Shown piece after piece: positions 24,630-35,517 of a stretch of DNA of 42,118 nucleotides (the first letter of the stretch is position 1; each line of letters starts with the position of its first letter). A program made the translations under genes and the position numbers. The notes under the pieces are model-generated. The model worked only from the letters and a program-made list of their open reading frames with translations. It did not search any database and was not told the DNA's origin. The DNA lies in contig DASUFH010000138.1 of NCBI GenBank assembly GCA_036274645.1, positions 1 through 42,118 on the forward strand, read 5' to 3'. The stretch is from Terriglobia bacterium (GTDB taxonomy: Bacteria; Acidobacteriota; Terriglobia; 20CM-2-55-15).

Positions 24630-25586
24630 TCAGCTTTCCGATTGCGAGGAAGCCAGGGAGCGCAGACGCCGGGTGGCCTGTTCCACGGCGCGCCGGGCCT
24701 GGGTCAGCGATTCTTCCGCCGCATCCGATTCGGCCGTCATGCGGATGGCGTGAGCCGTGGCCTCGCGGGCCTGTGTTTTCGCCTGTTTCAGGCGTTCCTC
24801 AGCGTCGCGCTTCCGGTCTTCGAATCGTTGCGCGTCCGATTCGGCCTCTCGCGCGGCGGTTGCGGCATGTTCGGCTCTCGTTCGGGCCACGCTGAGCGCA
24901 CGCTCCGCCTCGGCCAGCCTGGCTTGCGCCTGGGCGATTTTGTCTGCGACGGGATTAAGAGGCGGTGGGGCGCCTGGTGGCGCGGCCTTCTCCGGAACGG
25001 CAGCGATGACGGCAGGCTTTCGCGCCGGCGTATCAGAAACGAGTGTGACGAGAAAATCGAATCCCGGGGCGTCGAGATCGCTCGTGAGGCGTCCCGGAGG
25101 AGGAGAATCCGAACGCGCCGATAACGCCTCGAGCGTGGCGACAATGCGGCGCATCGTTTCGGGCGCCGGGCTGTGGCCACTCTGCCGCAGAAGCGCATCG
25201 GCCGCCCGCGCAAGCTCGGCAATGGCTTCGCGGCGCGCTTCGAGGGGTTCGCGAATATCTCCGGTCTTTCCGCCCAACTGCGCCAGCTGCGCTTCACGCA
25301 ACCGTTGGCCCGATGTGAGCAGGTGGTCGAAGGACTGGCGTTTCCGCCAGTACAGTTGATTGACCGTCCATGCGGTCACCGGCGGTTTGGAGAGCGATTG
25401 AACCTGTCCGGCCTCGGTCTTGCGTCCTTCCCGTTTAAGCCGGCCTGCCAGAGCGTTCCGCGCTGCCGTGAAATCGGCCAACGGGAGTTGGAACAACTCG
25501 TCGATGCTTCGTTCAACTTCCGTTTCGAATGTGCCGCTCCGGGACGGGACCGGCTTCCGGTCAGGCATGAGCAAGGAGTCTGTCAC
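24630..25586 (-). CDS. Hypothetical protein, N-terminal globular domain plus Ala/Glu/Arg-rich coiled-coil tail
   Basis: 318 aa with GTG start 25586, preceded by GGGGAG located in the palindrome arm. No family recognised. Confidence 0.5.
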   Translation of the reverse strand: MTDSLLMPDRKPVPSRSGTFETEVERSIDELFQLPLADFTAARNALAGRLKREGRKTEAGQVQSLSKPPVTAWTVNQLYWRKRQSFDHLLTSGQRLREAQLAQLGGKTGDIREPLEARREAIAELARAADALLRQSGHSPAPETMRRIVATLEALSARSDSPPPGRLTSDLDAPGFDFLVTLVSDTPARKPAVIAAVPEKAAPPGAPPPLNPVADKIAQAQARLAEAERALSVARTRAEHAATAAREAESDAQRFEDRKRDAEERLKQAKTQAREATAHAIRMTAESDAAEESLTQARRAVEQATRRLRSLASSQSES

Positions 25587-25595
25587 AGAGGAGCG

Positions 25596-25784
25596 CTCCC
25601 CACTTATTCATTAATTGTTGGCTGTTCGCCATTAACTGTTTCGCTTAATGGCATTGATACTTCCGTTGACTCCCGCTCTTGCGTCGAAAAACAAGAGACG
25701 CCGCAACCTGTCAACGGAAGGACTAATGCCACCAAGCGAAACAGTTAATGGCGAACAGCCAACAATTAATGAATAAGTGGGGAG
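25596..25784. repeat. 189-bp near-perfect palindrome (51-nt perfect arms), relatively AT-rich
   Basis: 25596-25646 CTCCCCACTTATTCATTAATTGTTGGCTGTTCGCCATTAACTGTTTCGCTT is the exact reverse complement of 25734-25784. The next 24 nt inward pair at 19 of 24 positions. The centre has a small CTCTTG/CAAGAG hairpin. Confidence 0.9.
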
Positions 25785-25844
25785 CCTCCCCTCCGAGACG
25801 TCCGTAGAAATACGGTCTGGTTGCCGCCGGGAATCTTTGAGAAA

Positions 25845-27233
25845 ATGCTTCGCCCTATGGTTAAGGGATCGTGTCGGTTACGGTTCAATTCAGGCGTTCT
25901 TTCTGTGGCGTTCTGTCTGTTGGTCGGCGGACACGTGGCCGCGGCATTGGCGCCGGCGGCGTCTCAGGGAGTGACGTTATTGGATGAGACCCCGGTTATG
26001 CTGCCCGCTGCAGGAACGATGACGGAGCGCCCCTTCTTTTCATCGCGCCGGCACCCCGCCATCAACTACGATCTGCCGCCGTCCGATGCGGTGAGCGCCC
26101 TTGCCCAGAAAGTGTCAAGCGGTGAGACCCGGCTCCGGTTCGACCCCACCAGCGGTTATTTGATGTCCGTGCTGGAAGCGCTGAAGGTTCCAGTGGAATC
26201 CCAGGCGGTGGTCTTTTCAAAGACCAGTCTGCAGTCGCACTACATCAGTCCGGCCAATCCCCGCGCTCTGTTCTTTACGGACGAAGTGGCGGTGGGTTTT
26301 ATCCGCGGCGCTCCGCTGCTGGAGATCAGCGCGCTGGACCCGCGGCAGGGCGTCGTGTTCTTCGTCATCGACCAGAAGGACGCGGCTCGACCGCTGATTG
26401 TCCGGAGCGACTCCTGTCTTTCCTGTCACGAGAGCCGGAACTCCATGGGCATTCCCGGCATGCTTGCGCGCTCCATGGCCGTGGGCGATGGGGGACAGAT
26501 CAAGCTGCAGTTTGGAACCTTCAATTCCGACCATCGCAGTCCTTTTGAGGAACGCTGGGGCGGATGGTTCATCACCGGGCTGGCGGGAACGGCCGCCCAC
26601 ATGGGCAACACGATGGTTGCGGCCGACGCCACCGGCCGGCCGGCCGGGCAGCCGAAGCCCCTCGCATCGCTTGATGGCGCCTTTGCCCCGGATGGGTATC
26701 CGGCTCGGTATAGTGATGTCGGCGCGGTCATGACGCTCAATCATCAGATCGGCATGACGAACCTGATGATCCGTATGGGATGGGAATCCCGTATCGCGGT
26801 CCATCAGGGACAGAAGAACCCGGCGGATCGCGGCGCAGGCGAACGGCTCATTGAGGCCGACGCCCGCGAACTTGCCGATTACATGCTGTTTGTGGATGAG
26901 CCGGCGCTGCCCGGAACGTTTGAGTCCACCTCCGGATTCAAAACCGCATTTGCCGCGGCGGGTCCCCGCGACAGTCAGGGACGAAGCTTACGGCAGCTCG
27001 ATCTCGGAAAGCGGCTCATGCGGTATCCGCTGAGCTACATGATCTATTCCCGAGCCTTTGACGGTTTGCCCGACGTTGCCCGTGAAGCGGTCTACTCCCG
27101 TCTGTGGACCATCCTCTCCGGACAGGACAAGTCGACGCGGTACTCCCGCCTTACGGCCGCCGACCGCTCCGCGATCGTCGGTATCCTTTTGGAAACGAAA
27201 CCCGGTCTGCCGAGTTATTACAAGGCTTTGTAG
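25845..27233 (+). CDS. Secreted hypothetical protein with a single CXXCH heme c motif
   Basis: Signal-like LRFNSGVLSVAFCLLVGGHVAAALA and the motif DSCLSCHESRN. Start is uncertain (TTG 25821, ATG 25845 or ATG 25857). No family name recognised. Confidence 0.6.
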   Translation: MLRPMVKGSCRLRFNSGVLSVAFCLLVGGHVAAALAPAASQGVTLLDETPVMLPAAGTMTERPFFSSRRHPAINYDLPPSDAVSALAQKVSSGETRLRFDPTSGYLMSVLEALKVPVESQAVVFSKTSLQSHYISPANPRALFFTDEVAVGFIRGAPLLEISALDPRQGVVFFVIDQKDAARPLIVRSDSCLSCHESRNSMGIPGMLARSMAVGDGGQIKLQFGTFNSDHRSPFEERWGGWFITGLAGTAAHMGNTMVAADATGRPAGQPKPLASLDGAFAPDGYPARYSDVGAVMTLNHQIGMTNLMIRMGWESRIAVHQGQKNPADRGAGERLIEADARELADYMLFVDEPALPGTFESTSGFKTAFAAAGPRDSQGRSLRQLDLGKRLMRYPLSYMIYSRAFDGLPDVAREAVYSRLWTILSGQDKSTRYSRLTAADRSAIVGILLETKPGLPSYYKAL

Positions 27234-27268
27234 GCGGTATTGCGGGGGATTCCCGGCAAAAAACCGGG

Positions 27269-27297
27269 TTGACACACCGGGCTGGCCCTCCTATCAT
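27269..27297 (+). promoter_or_regulatory. Sigma70-type promoter of groES-groEL
   Basis: TTGACA (27269-27274), 17-nt spacer, TATCAT (27292-27297), immediately followed by CIRCE. Confidence 0.8.
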
Positions 27298-27324
27298 TTA
27301 GCACTCGATAATGCAGAGTGCTAA
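27298..27324 (+). promoter_or_regulatory. CIRCE operator (HrcA binding site)
   Basis: TTAGCACTC-N9-GAGTGCTAA is a perfect match to the CIRCE consensus, about 80 nt upstream of groES. Confidence 0.95.
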
Positions 27325-27403
27325 CACTAGGCGGCGCCGCTGCAATCATTCCTGAAGATTTTTTTGAACCCAAATTGACCAACTCAAACAAGGAGCGAAA
27401 GCG

Positions 27404-27721
27404 ATGAGAGTGCGACCGTTACATGATCGTGTCTTGATCAAGAGAGTGGAGGAGCAGGAGACCGTGCGGGGCGGCATCATTATTCCGGACACCGCCAAGG
27501 AAAAGCCCCAGGAAGGCGAGGTTATCGCCGCGGGCACCGGCAAGCGTCTGGAGAGCGGCCAGGTCATTCCCCTGGAAGTGAAGGCCGGCGACCGCGTGCT
27601 CTTCGGCAAGTACTCCGGGACGGAAATCAAACTGGACGGCGAAGAACTTCTGATTCTGCGGGAAGACGAAATCCTGGGAATCCTGTCGGCGAACACTGCG
27701 AGCGCGAAATCCAAGAAGTAG
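27404..27721 (+). CDS. groES: Co-chaperonin GroES
   Basis: [42 protein letters not shown].. is the canonical GroES sequence. Confidence 0.97.
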   Translation: MRVRPLHDRVLIKRVEEQETVRGGIIIPDTAKEKPQEGEVIAAGTGKRLESGQVIPLEVKAGDRVLFGKYSGTEIKLDGEELLILREDEILGILSANTASAKSKK

Positions 27722-27724
27722 TAG

Positions 27725-29365
<1,641 letters not shown>

Positions 29366-29430
29366 TTTCCATTTCTCTCCCATCCCGTGGGAGAGCGTCC
29401 GAAATGGCCGGGTCAGGCTGCCGGATCGTT

Positions 29431-29458
29431 ACCGGCGCCGGGCCCGGTCCCTTTTTTT
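29431..29458 (+). terminator. Probable intrinsic terminator after groEL
   Basis: GC-rich hairpin ACCGG-CGCCGGGC-CCGGT followed by CCCTTTTTTT. An additional hairpin CTCTCCCA-TCCCG-TGGGAGAG lies at 29375-29397. Confidence 0.55.
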
Positions 29459-29700
29459 GCATCTCCTCCTGGGCGGGTTCCGGCGTTTACCGGGTGTTTT
29501 GTACGGACGCGTCATGTTCGTATTCCGGACGGTCACTGCCAGGCTTTGGCGCGCAAAGCCAGGGGCCGCATTGGCGGGAAGTCTTCAGACGTGCTTGTTT
29601 TTTGGCCTCATGGTAGCCTCCCTGAGCCGGGATTGCTTCGCAGCAATGGACGCTGATTTCGGATTCCGGCGGGCGAACGGAGTCGCTCAGGAGTAAACAC

Positions 29701-30291
29701 GTGTCTAAACGGTATCCCTGCAACACCGATAATTCTGCGGAGTCCTGCGCGGAGAGTTCATCCTCACCGGTCCGTCGAAAGGGATCAGGTCTGGTCTTTC
29801 TGGCGGTCGTGGTTGGGGTGAGTCTTGGCGCTGCGGCCTCGGTTCTTTACATCAATCCGGACATGGCGGAGATGGCCAGAACCGCCTGGTGGAGCATTCG
29901 CCGCGGTATTGCCGCCGGGGATATGAGTGGGGTGGAAGCGGCTGCGCCCGAGGTTGCTCCGGCCAAAACCGCGACGCCGTCGAGCCGGAAGTCTTCCGCG
30001 GGGAAAAGCGCGCCTCGTTCGGTCCGGCCGACGCGGCCGGTGGAACGTCCCGGCGTCGAACCGATCCAGGCGGCGAGTCCTTCGGTGAAGCCCGGGGCTT
30101 CCGGAACCAGGGTGGTTAACCTGCCGCCATTCGAGTCGGAATCGGGCGCTGTTCCACGAAACCTGGATGGAGCGTCGCCGGCTTACTCGTCTGCGCCGGG
30201 GGTGATTAATCTTCCTCCCTTCGGCGCCGGGCCCGGCATGGTCCGGGAGGGCGCGCCGGTTCCGTCTTCTTCCGGGTCATCGAATCCATAG
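29701..30291 (+). CDS. Hypothetical single-pass membrane protein with a Pro/Ser/Ala-rich tail
   Basis: GTG start after AGGAG. TM helix LVFLAVVVGVSLGAAASVLYI. Repeated V(V/I)NLPPF motif. Confidence 0.45.
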   Translation: MSKRYPCNTDNSAESCAESSSSPVRRKGSGLVFLAVVVGVSLGAAASVLYINPDMAEMARTAWWSIRRGIAAGDMSGVEAAAPEVAPAKTATPSSRKSSAGKSAPRSVRPTRPVERPGVEPIQAASPSVKPGASGTRVVNLPPFESESGAVPRNLDGASPAYSSAPGVINLPPFGAGPGMVREGAPVPSSSGSSNP

Positions 30292-30330
30292 CCGCGATCC
30301 GTTCCCTGAAGCGCCCGCGTCACGCCTCGT

Positions 30331-32442
30331 TTATCGATCGGTTGACGGGATCAGCCTGAGTGTGGCGTTCCAGACGCCACGCTTGTCAACTGCGCCGCTC
30401 ACGGCCCGGTCCTCATAAGCCTGTATGAAGTCCGCGCTCCGGAACGCGCCGGAGGGGATCTCTGCCCACGCAAAGAGGCGGTAGGACCCCGGCGGCAGAT
30501 TGTTAAAGGAATAGCTTCCGTCCCGGGCGCTCGTTGTGGAGAAATACAGATCCGTGCGGCCGCTGTGCGCCTTGTCGGGCACAAGAGCGACGACTGCGCC
30601 GGCGTATGGCTTGCCGGCGGCGTCCATGACGGATCCGGAAACGGATCCGCCGGAGAAGCCAATCTGCAGCTGGAGCGCAGCGTTGGGATCCCCGCCTGAA
30701 AAGGGAGCGCCCAGCGCGTCCGTGGATCCGAAGAGTCCCTTGACGACATATCCTCCGCCCTGAATTCCATTAACGCGAATCTGATATTGGAGCGCGGCAG
30801 CAACGTCCTTGAGCAGGAACGATCCATCTTCTTCCACCCTGGCGGTGATGAAGTCGCCGCCGGGAAATACTCCTCCCGGCGAACGAACGGCCAGCACGAA
30901 ATCGCCGCCTCCTGACGGGGGAGGGGGAAGCGCCGGGGCCCCTTCCGGGATCAGCCGCACTTCAAGATCCGTCATCTTGAACGATCCCGGCGCCGGCGGG
31001 TCGACAAAGATGCGGCCGCGTATGTCATGTCCGGGTTGAAGGGGAACCACCAGTTCCCGGATGTCATCGAGGCCGGCTTCGATGGTCATTCGAGCCGAAT
31101 GCTGCAGGCCGGCTGGATCTTTAGCGATGGCAGTCAGGACGTACGAGCCCGGGGTCACATTCGCAATTTCGAAGGTTCCATCCGGACGAACCGGCGTGGG
31201 CGCCGGGCCGGAAGGTCCAAGGACGCTTTGCGCCGAACCGGCGCGGCGCAGTGTGAGTTCGACTCGCGAACCTCCGATTCCTGGTGGCGCATCGATGGTC
31301 ATCACCTGTCCGACCATGATCTGTGGAGTTCCACGCGCGACGGCGACTCCGGCCGGCGCGTTGGGTTTTGCGCCGTTCGCGCCGGACGGGGGAGCGTCGG
31401 ATGCGGCCGGCGCCTGCAAACGTTCGAACTCGGCGGGCGGTGGCGCGGCCAATGAAAACGGCGCAACAATACGTCCAGTGACCCGGATCGTCCGTATCGG
31501 ACGCAGATTGAAATCAATGCCGGGGACGTCGACGCCGGCGGTGACGCGGACCAGCGTCGCTTCGGCCGGATTGGCAACCCCGGGATAGTAGATCGCGTCG
31601 GAACCTCCAGCCGGTATCGCGACCATCTGAACGGAGGTCGTTTGTCCGGCGTCGTCAAATGAGCCGTTAAATGAAAAGAACTGGGCGTTGCGCGCTCCGG
31701 AACCCGCCGCTCCGCCCGGTGGAACGCTTCTCCCCGAGAATCCACCGCGGGGCATGGTGGCGACAAGATAGTCCCCCGGCTGCATCCAATAGAGGCGGTA
31801 CTCTCCGCGATCGTCCGTTTGCGCAGTAGCGACGGGTGTGAGCGCCCGCTTGCCGTCGGTATAACGGTAGGTGTACGCCTGCACCGGCGTCTTGATGAGT
31901 GGTTCCCCTTCCGGATCGAAAACCCGACCGCTGATGACGCTGGCGGTCGTCAGCTGGAAGTCGAGCGTCAGGGGTTTCCCTGCGGATGCCGATACGGGCA
32001 AGCCGGGGCCTGTCGCTGTCCGTTGCCCGTATTCCTGACGCACGAATCCCTCTCCGTCCGCCGTCACCCGGTAGTCGCCAGGGGACACATCGGGCAGGGA
32101 ATAGCGCCCCATCGCATCAGTCTGGGTGGACAGGCCGTTGGAGCCCGCCACTGCTGCGCTGATGAATCCCCGCGCGGCAATGGTGAACCCCGGGCCGGCC
32201 GGAGCGGGCGGCGCTCCCGGATTCCACTCCAGGGCGTCTTCATCATCCTTATCCGCCGGGCGCAGGGTAATCCGGACGTTTCGCAACGGTTGTCCCGTTC
32301 CCAGGTTGGTCACGGTTCCTTCAATCCTGGTTTTCTCGCCAGCCGCCTGCAGCGCGCCGTAAGCGCTCGTTGTCGGCGCGGGGACCAGTCCAAGGAGCAG
32401 AGCGTACGCCGCCGCGCTCACCGCCAGGGCCCAAAACTTCAT
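30331..32442 (-). CDS. Carboxypeptidase-regulatory-like (CarboxypepD_reg) multi-domain secreted protein
   Basis: ATG 32442 with GGAGG about 10 nt upstream. Signal MKFWALAVSAAAYALLLGLVPA. Repeated G.V.D..G.P...A.V.L-type beta-sandwich modules (e.g. IEGTVTNLGTGQPLRNVRITL, ISGRVFDPEGEPL, VSGSVMDAAGKPYAGAVVALV). The track start at 32745 is an unsupported extension. Confidence 0.75.
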   Translation of the reverse strand: MKFWALAVSAAAYALLLGLVPAPTTSAYGALQAAGEKTRIEGTVTNLGTGQPLRNVRITLRPADKDDEDALEWNPGAPPAPAGPGFTIAARGFISAAVAGSNGLSTQTDAMGRYSLPDVSPGDYRVTADGEGFVRQEYGQRTATGPGLPVSASAGKPLTLDFQLTTASVISGRVFDPEGEPLIKTPVQAYTYRYTDGKRALTPVATAQTDDRGEYRLYWMQPGDYLVATMPRGGFSGRSVPPGGAAGSGARNAQFFSFNGSFDDAGQTTSVQMVAIPAGGSDAIYYPGVANPAEATLVRVTAGVDVPGIDFNLRPIRTIRVTGRIVAPFSLAAPPPAEFERLQAPAASDAPPSGANGAKPNAPAGVAVARGTPQIMVGQVMTIDAPPGIGGSRVELTLRRAGSAQSVLGPSGPAPTPVRPDGTFEIANVTPGSYVLTAIAKDPAGLQHSARMTIEAGLDDIRELVVPLQPGHDIRGRIFVDPPAPGSFKMTDLEVRLIPEGAPALPPPPSGGGDFVLAVRSPGGVFPGGDFITARVEEDGSFLLKDVAAALQYQIRVNGIQGGGYVVKGLFGSTDALGAPFSGGDPNAALQLQIGFSGGSVSGSVMDAAGKPYAGAVVALVPDKAHSGRTDLYFSTTSARDGSYSFNNLPPGSYRLFAWAEIPSGAFRSADFIQAYEDRAVSGAVDKRGVWNATLRLIPSTDR

Positions 32443-32489
32443 CGTTAAATGCCTCCTGCCAGAAAAACTTTGCAAAACGGAATCATTTT

Positions 32490-32590
32490 GAGCCCCCGAC
32501 TGCTCCAGGGACGATCGATGAAACCCACTGAAATGGCTCCATTCCGAAACGTCGGCGGTCACAGACCGCCCCTGCAGCAGACGGGGAGGG
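32490..32590. repeat. Degenerate REP/MITE-like copy (right end well preserved)
   Basis: CTCCATTCCGAAACGTCGGCGGTCACAGACCGCCCCTGCA parallels TTCCATTCCGACAGGTCGGGCGGTCATAGACCGCCCCTACA of the 17512 copy. The tail GCAGACGGGGAGGGGA resembles the tails at 1-33 and 3269-3286. The left end is eroded. Confidence 0.55.
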
Positions 32591-32853
32591 GACTCACAAC
32601 GTTCTCGTTTGTGCGCCCGCCAGGATCCCGAAGTTGTCTTTCCAAGCGAAAGAAAAGAGGAGTTGGATTCGCTGAAAAGGAAAAAGTTTACGTCGCTATA
32701 AAAGAATTCTGCGACTTTCGCCGTGCTTTGGAGTCCAACCCGCATCCTGGGGGCGCTTGTAAAAGGTTGTTATACGCCTTGGCAAGCAATTGGGGGATTC
32801 GTTATTCTAAGGCGCCAATATTCTGTTTGGCGATCCTATCCATGGAGGAGGCA

Positions 32854-33621
32854 ATGAACCGTAGAATCTGGCTCGCGTCCACAATGGCCGCCCTGTTGCT
32901 GAGTTTTGGATACTGGCGGGTTGAAGCGGCTGAACCCGGCATTGCCGGGAAGTGGGCATCGGATGCCGCTGTGGCTCTCAAGAAGTGGAGAGACAAGCGG
33001 GATGACGCTACGCCCGCGGATCGTGGACTCTTCAACGTGGATTCCGGACTGCGCGGGAACGGTGGATTTGGTGGTGGCGGTCTTGGAAATGGCGGCGGCT
33101 TCGGCGGCGGTGGTCTCGGGACCGGTGGTCGCGGCGGCCTCGGTGGCGGAACACGCGGCGGCGGATTCGGTGGCAGAGATTTTGCCCAGCGCGCCGGCGC
33201 CAGGGGAGGTCGTGGCGGCCTCGGAGCGGGTGGCATTGGCGGTGGAGGTTTTGGCAGGGGCGGCGGCCTCGGCGGTTTGCCCCCGGACTTTGTTGGCGCG
33301 GTTGCCAATATGCCTCGGCCGGAACTTCCCGAAGGCCCGACGGTGACCATGGATGTCAAAGTGGACAGCAAGGGAAAGATGACGGGTACGCTGGTCCTCC
33401 TGATCATGGAAACCGACAAAGACGAGAAATATAAGGTTGAAGAAGCCAAGGTTGATGGGAAGGAGTTCACCTTCACCACGTATCAGAAGGTGAATGGTAT
33501 TCAGATTCCCACCGCATGGCAGGGCAAGATGCTGTCCGACAATGTGATCGCCATGACGCGCTCTCTGCCTTCGGGCGCGGCGGTCGATGAAGAACCGTTC
33601 GCCATGCGCCGCCAGAAGTAA
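32854..33621 (+). CDS. Secreted protein with an internal ~80-residue Gly-rich (GGF/GGL/RGG) tract
   Basis: GGAGGAGG RBS before ATG 32854. Signal MNRRIWLASTMAALLLSFGYWRVEA. The Gly-rich tract is encoded at about 33046-33292. C-terminal beta-rich domain. Its stop lies 15 nt before msrA. Confidence 0.65.
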   Translation: MNRRIWLASTMAALLLSFGYWRVEAAEPGIAGKWASDAAVALKKWRDKRDDATPADRGLFNVDSGLRGNGGFGGGGLGNGGGFGGGGLGTGGRGGLGGGTRGGGFGGRDFAQRAGARGGRGGLGAGGIGGGGFGRGGGLGGLPPDFVGAVANMPRPELPEGPTVTMDVKVDSKGKMTGTLVLLIMETDKDEKYKVEEAKVDGKEFTFTTYQKVNGIQIPTAWQGKMLSDNVIAMTRSLPSGAAVDEEPFAMRRQK

Positions 33622-33636
33622 TCGCGGAGGCCTCCA

Positions 33637-34230
33637 ATGGTCAGCGATCCCAGCGCCGTTGCGGATCCTGCCCGGGATTTCCCGCTGTCGCCAGCGCCGT
33701 CCGTAGAGACGGCGGTGCTGGCGGGTGGTTGTTTCTGGTGCGTCGAAGCGGTTTACCGGCAGATCGATGGTGTGACGGAAGTCCGGTCCGGATACGCCGG
33801 AGGAACCCGGGAAACCGCCAACTACCGCGCCGTCTGCAGTGGGCGCACCGACCACGCCGAAGCCGTCGAAATCCAGTTCGATTCGAGCAAGACCACTTTT
33901 GGCCGGCTGCTCAAGATCTTCTTTTCCGTGGCGCACGATCCCACCCAGCTCGACCGTCAGGGAAACGATCGCGGCCGTCAATATCGGTCCGCCATCTTCT
34001 ACCGGGACGACGAGCAGCGCGCGATCGCGGAAGCCTACATCCAGCAGCTTGATCGCGCGCGCATTTTCCCGCAGCCCATTGTGACCAGACTGGAGCCCCT
34101 CGATGCGTTCTACATCGCGGAGGACTACCATCAGGACTACGCCGCCCGGAATCCCGACCAGCCCTACATCGTTTACGTTGCCGCTCCGAAAGTCGAACAG
34201 ACGCGCAAATATTTCTGCAGCCTGAAATAG
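33637..34230 (+). CDS. msrA: Peptide methionine (S)-sulfoxide reductase MsrA
   Basis: LAGGCFWCVEAVY..GY.GG....NY..VCSG.T.HAE.V.I.FD is the canonical MsrA motif. Confidence 0.95.
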   Translation: MVSDPSAVADPARDFPLSPAPSVETAVLAGGCFWCVEAVYRQIDGVTEVRSGYAGGTRETANYRAVCSGRTDHAEAVEIQFDSSKTTFGRLLKIFFSVAHDPTQLDRQGNDRGRQYRSAIFYRDDEQRAIAEAYIQQLDRARIFPQPIVTRLEPLDAFYIAEDYHQDYAARNPDQPYIVYVAAPKVEQTRKYFCSLK

Positions 34231-34336
34231 CGAACGGTGGGTCGATCCGCCTGCGGCAGAATCGACGAAACCGCGAAGAATTCCCGGGAATCGGTCGCGG
34301 CGAATTCTCGGCTTCGTGGGCTTTCTGCCGCGGTTA

Positions 34337-35212
34337 CTAGCGCTCCTTTTCCAGAGTCACGCGCAGTTTTTGCAGTTGATCAGTTTGCGCGCGATCCAGT
34401 CGGGGATACTCCAGCTTCAGGGATTCCAGCGCGTCGAGAATCACGCTGGAAATCATCAGGCGCGCATTCTTCTTGTCGTCCGCCGGAATGACGTGCCAGG
34501 GAGCGTGGTCGGCGCTGGTCGCGCCGAGACATGCTTCATACGCTTCCATGTAATCGTCCCAGCGCTCCCTCTCGGCCAGGTCCGCCTGGCTGAACTTCCA
34601 GTTCTTGGTTGGATCGTCGATGCGCTTCAGGAATCGTCTTTTCTGTTCCTGGCGGGAGATGTGAAGGAAGAATTTCAGAATGCGTGTTCCATTGCGGAAG
34701 AGGTGCCGCTCCATGTCCGTGATGGAGCGGTACCGGTTCTCCCATAGGTCCTTGTCCCCGGCCACCTCCGCAGGCAGATTCTCAGCCTCAAGGATCTCCG
34801 GATGGACGCGGACGATCAGTACTTCTTCGTAGTAGGAGCGGTTGAAGATGCCGATTCGTCCGCGTTCCGGAAGGCTGCGGGTGGTGCGCCAGAGAAAATC
34901 ATGATCGAGTTCCTCGGCGCTCGGATGTTTGAAACTGAATACCTGGCAGCCCTGCGGGTTGACGCCGGACATCACATGTTTGATCGCCCCGTCTTTACCG
35001 GCGGCGTCCATGGCTTGAAAGATCAGCAGCAGGGCATAGCGGTTGTGCGCGTATAGAATGTCCTGGAGCTCGCTCAGCTTTTGGGTGTGCGCTTCGAGCA
35101 TCCGCTCGTAGTGTCGTTTCGAGGAAAAGAGCGGTTTGACCTTCGTCGGCCAGCGGTCCAAACGCACTTTCATTCCCGGCCGGACGCGTGAATCGTATTT
35201 ACCGTGTTTCAT
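34337..35212 (-). CDS. ppk2: Polyphosphate kinase 2 family protein (single-domain PPK2)
   Basis: [48 protein letters not shown] is the PPK2 signature. True start is MKHGKYD at 35212. The track extension to 35344 reads through a REP copy. Confidence 0.9.
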   Translation of the reverse strand: MKHGKYDSRVRPGMKVRLDRWPTKVKPLFSSKRHYERMLEAHTQKLSELQDILYAHNRYALLLIFQAMDAAGKDGAIKHVMSGVNPQGCQVFSFKHPSAEELDHDFLWRTTRSLPERGRIGIFNRSYYEEVLIVRVHPEILEAENLPAEVAGDKDLWENRYRSITDMERHLFRNGTRILKFFLHISRQEQKRRFLKRIDDPTKNWKFSQADLAERERWDDYMEAYEACLGATSADHAPWHVIPADDKKNARLMISSVILDALESLKLEYPRLDRAQTDQLQKLRVTLEKER

Positions 35213-35235
35213 GATTGCGCAAGATCTGGTTGTCC

Positions 35236-35273
35236 CCTGTAGCGGCGGTCGATGACCGCCCGCGATGTCTCGG
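35236..35273. repeat. Solo end of the REP/MITE-like element
   Basis: CCTGTAGCGGCGGTCGATGACCGCCCGCGATGTCTCGG parallels the left end TGTAGGGGCGGTCTATGACCGCCCAACGTCTCAGG of the 17512 copy. Confidence 0.6.
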
Positions 35274-35517
35274 ATTGGCCTGTCAGAACATCGAGGCGGG
35301 CAGGGGCGCCTGCGCCGCGCCGCCGCCACGCCTGCCCGCGTCACGCCCTCCGGCGGCGAGCAGCAGGGTGAGCATCATTCGAGATTCCTCCTATCGAGAA
35401 TGGCGGTTTTACGAAGCGGGGTCAGAAAATGGCGAGAGGCGCCGAATTCGGAAAAACTCCGGATCATCTGCCGTCGCTTCACCGAATTCGCCGGCTTCCG
35501 ATTATTTGCGCCGATAC

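Noticed and set aside
32449-32853. N-terminal extension of the Gly-rich protein ORF (track start 32449), and the PPK2 extension at 35213-35344
   Set aside because: Both extensions read through REP/MITE-like copies (GGHRPPLQ peptides). Both have better internal starts with Shine-Dalgarno sequences and, for 32854, a signal peptide.
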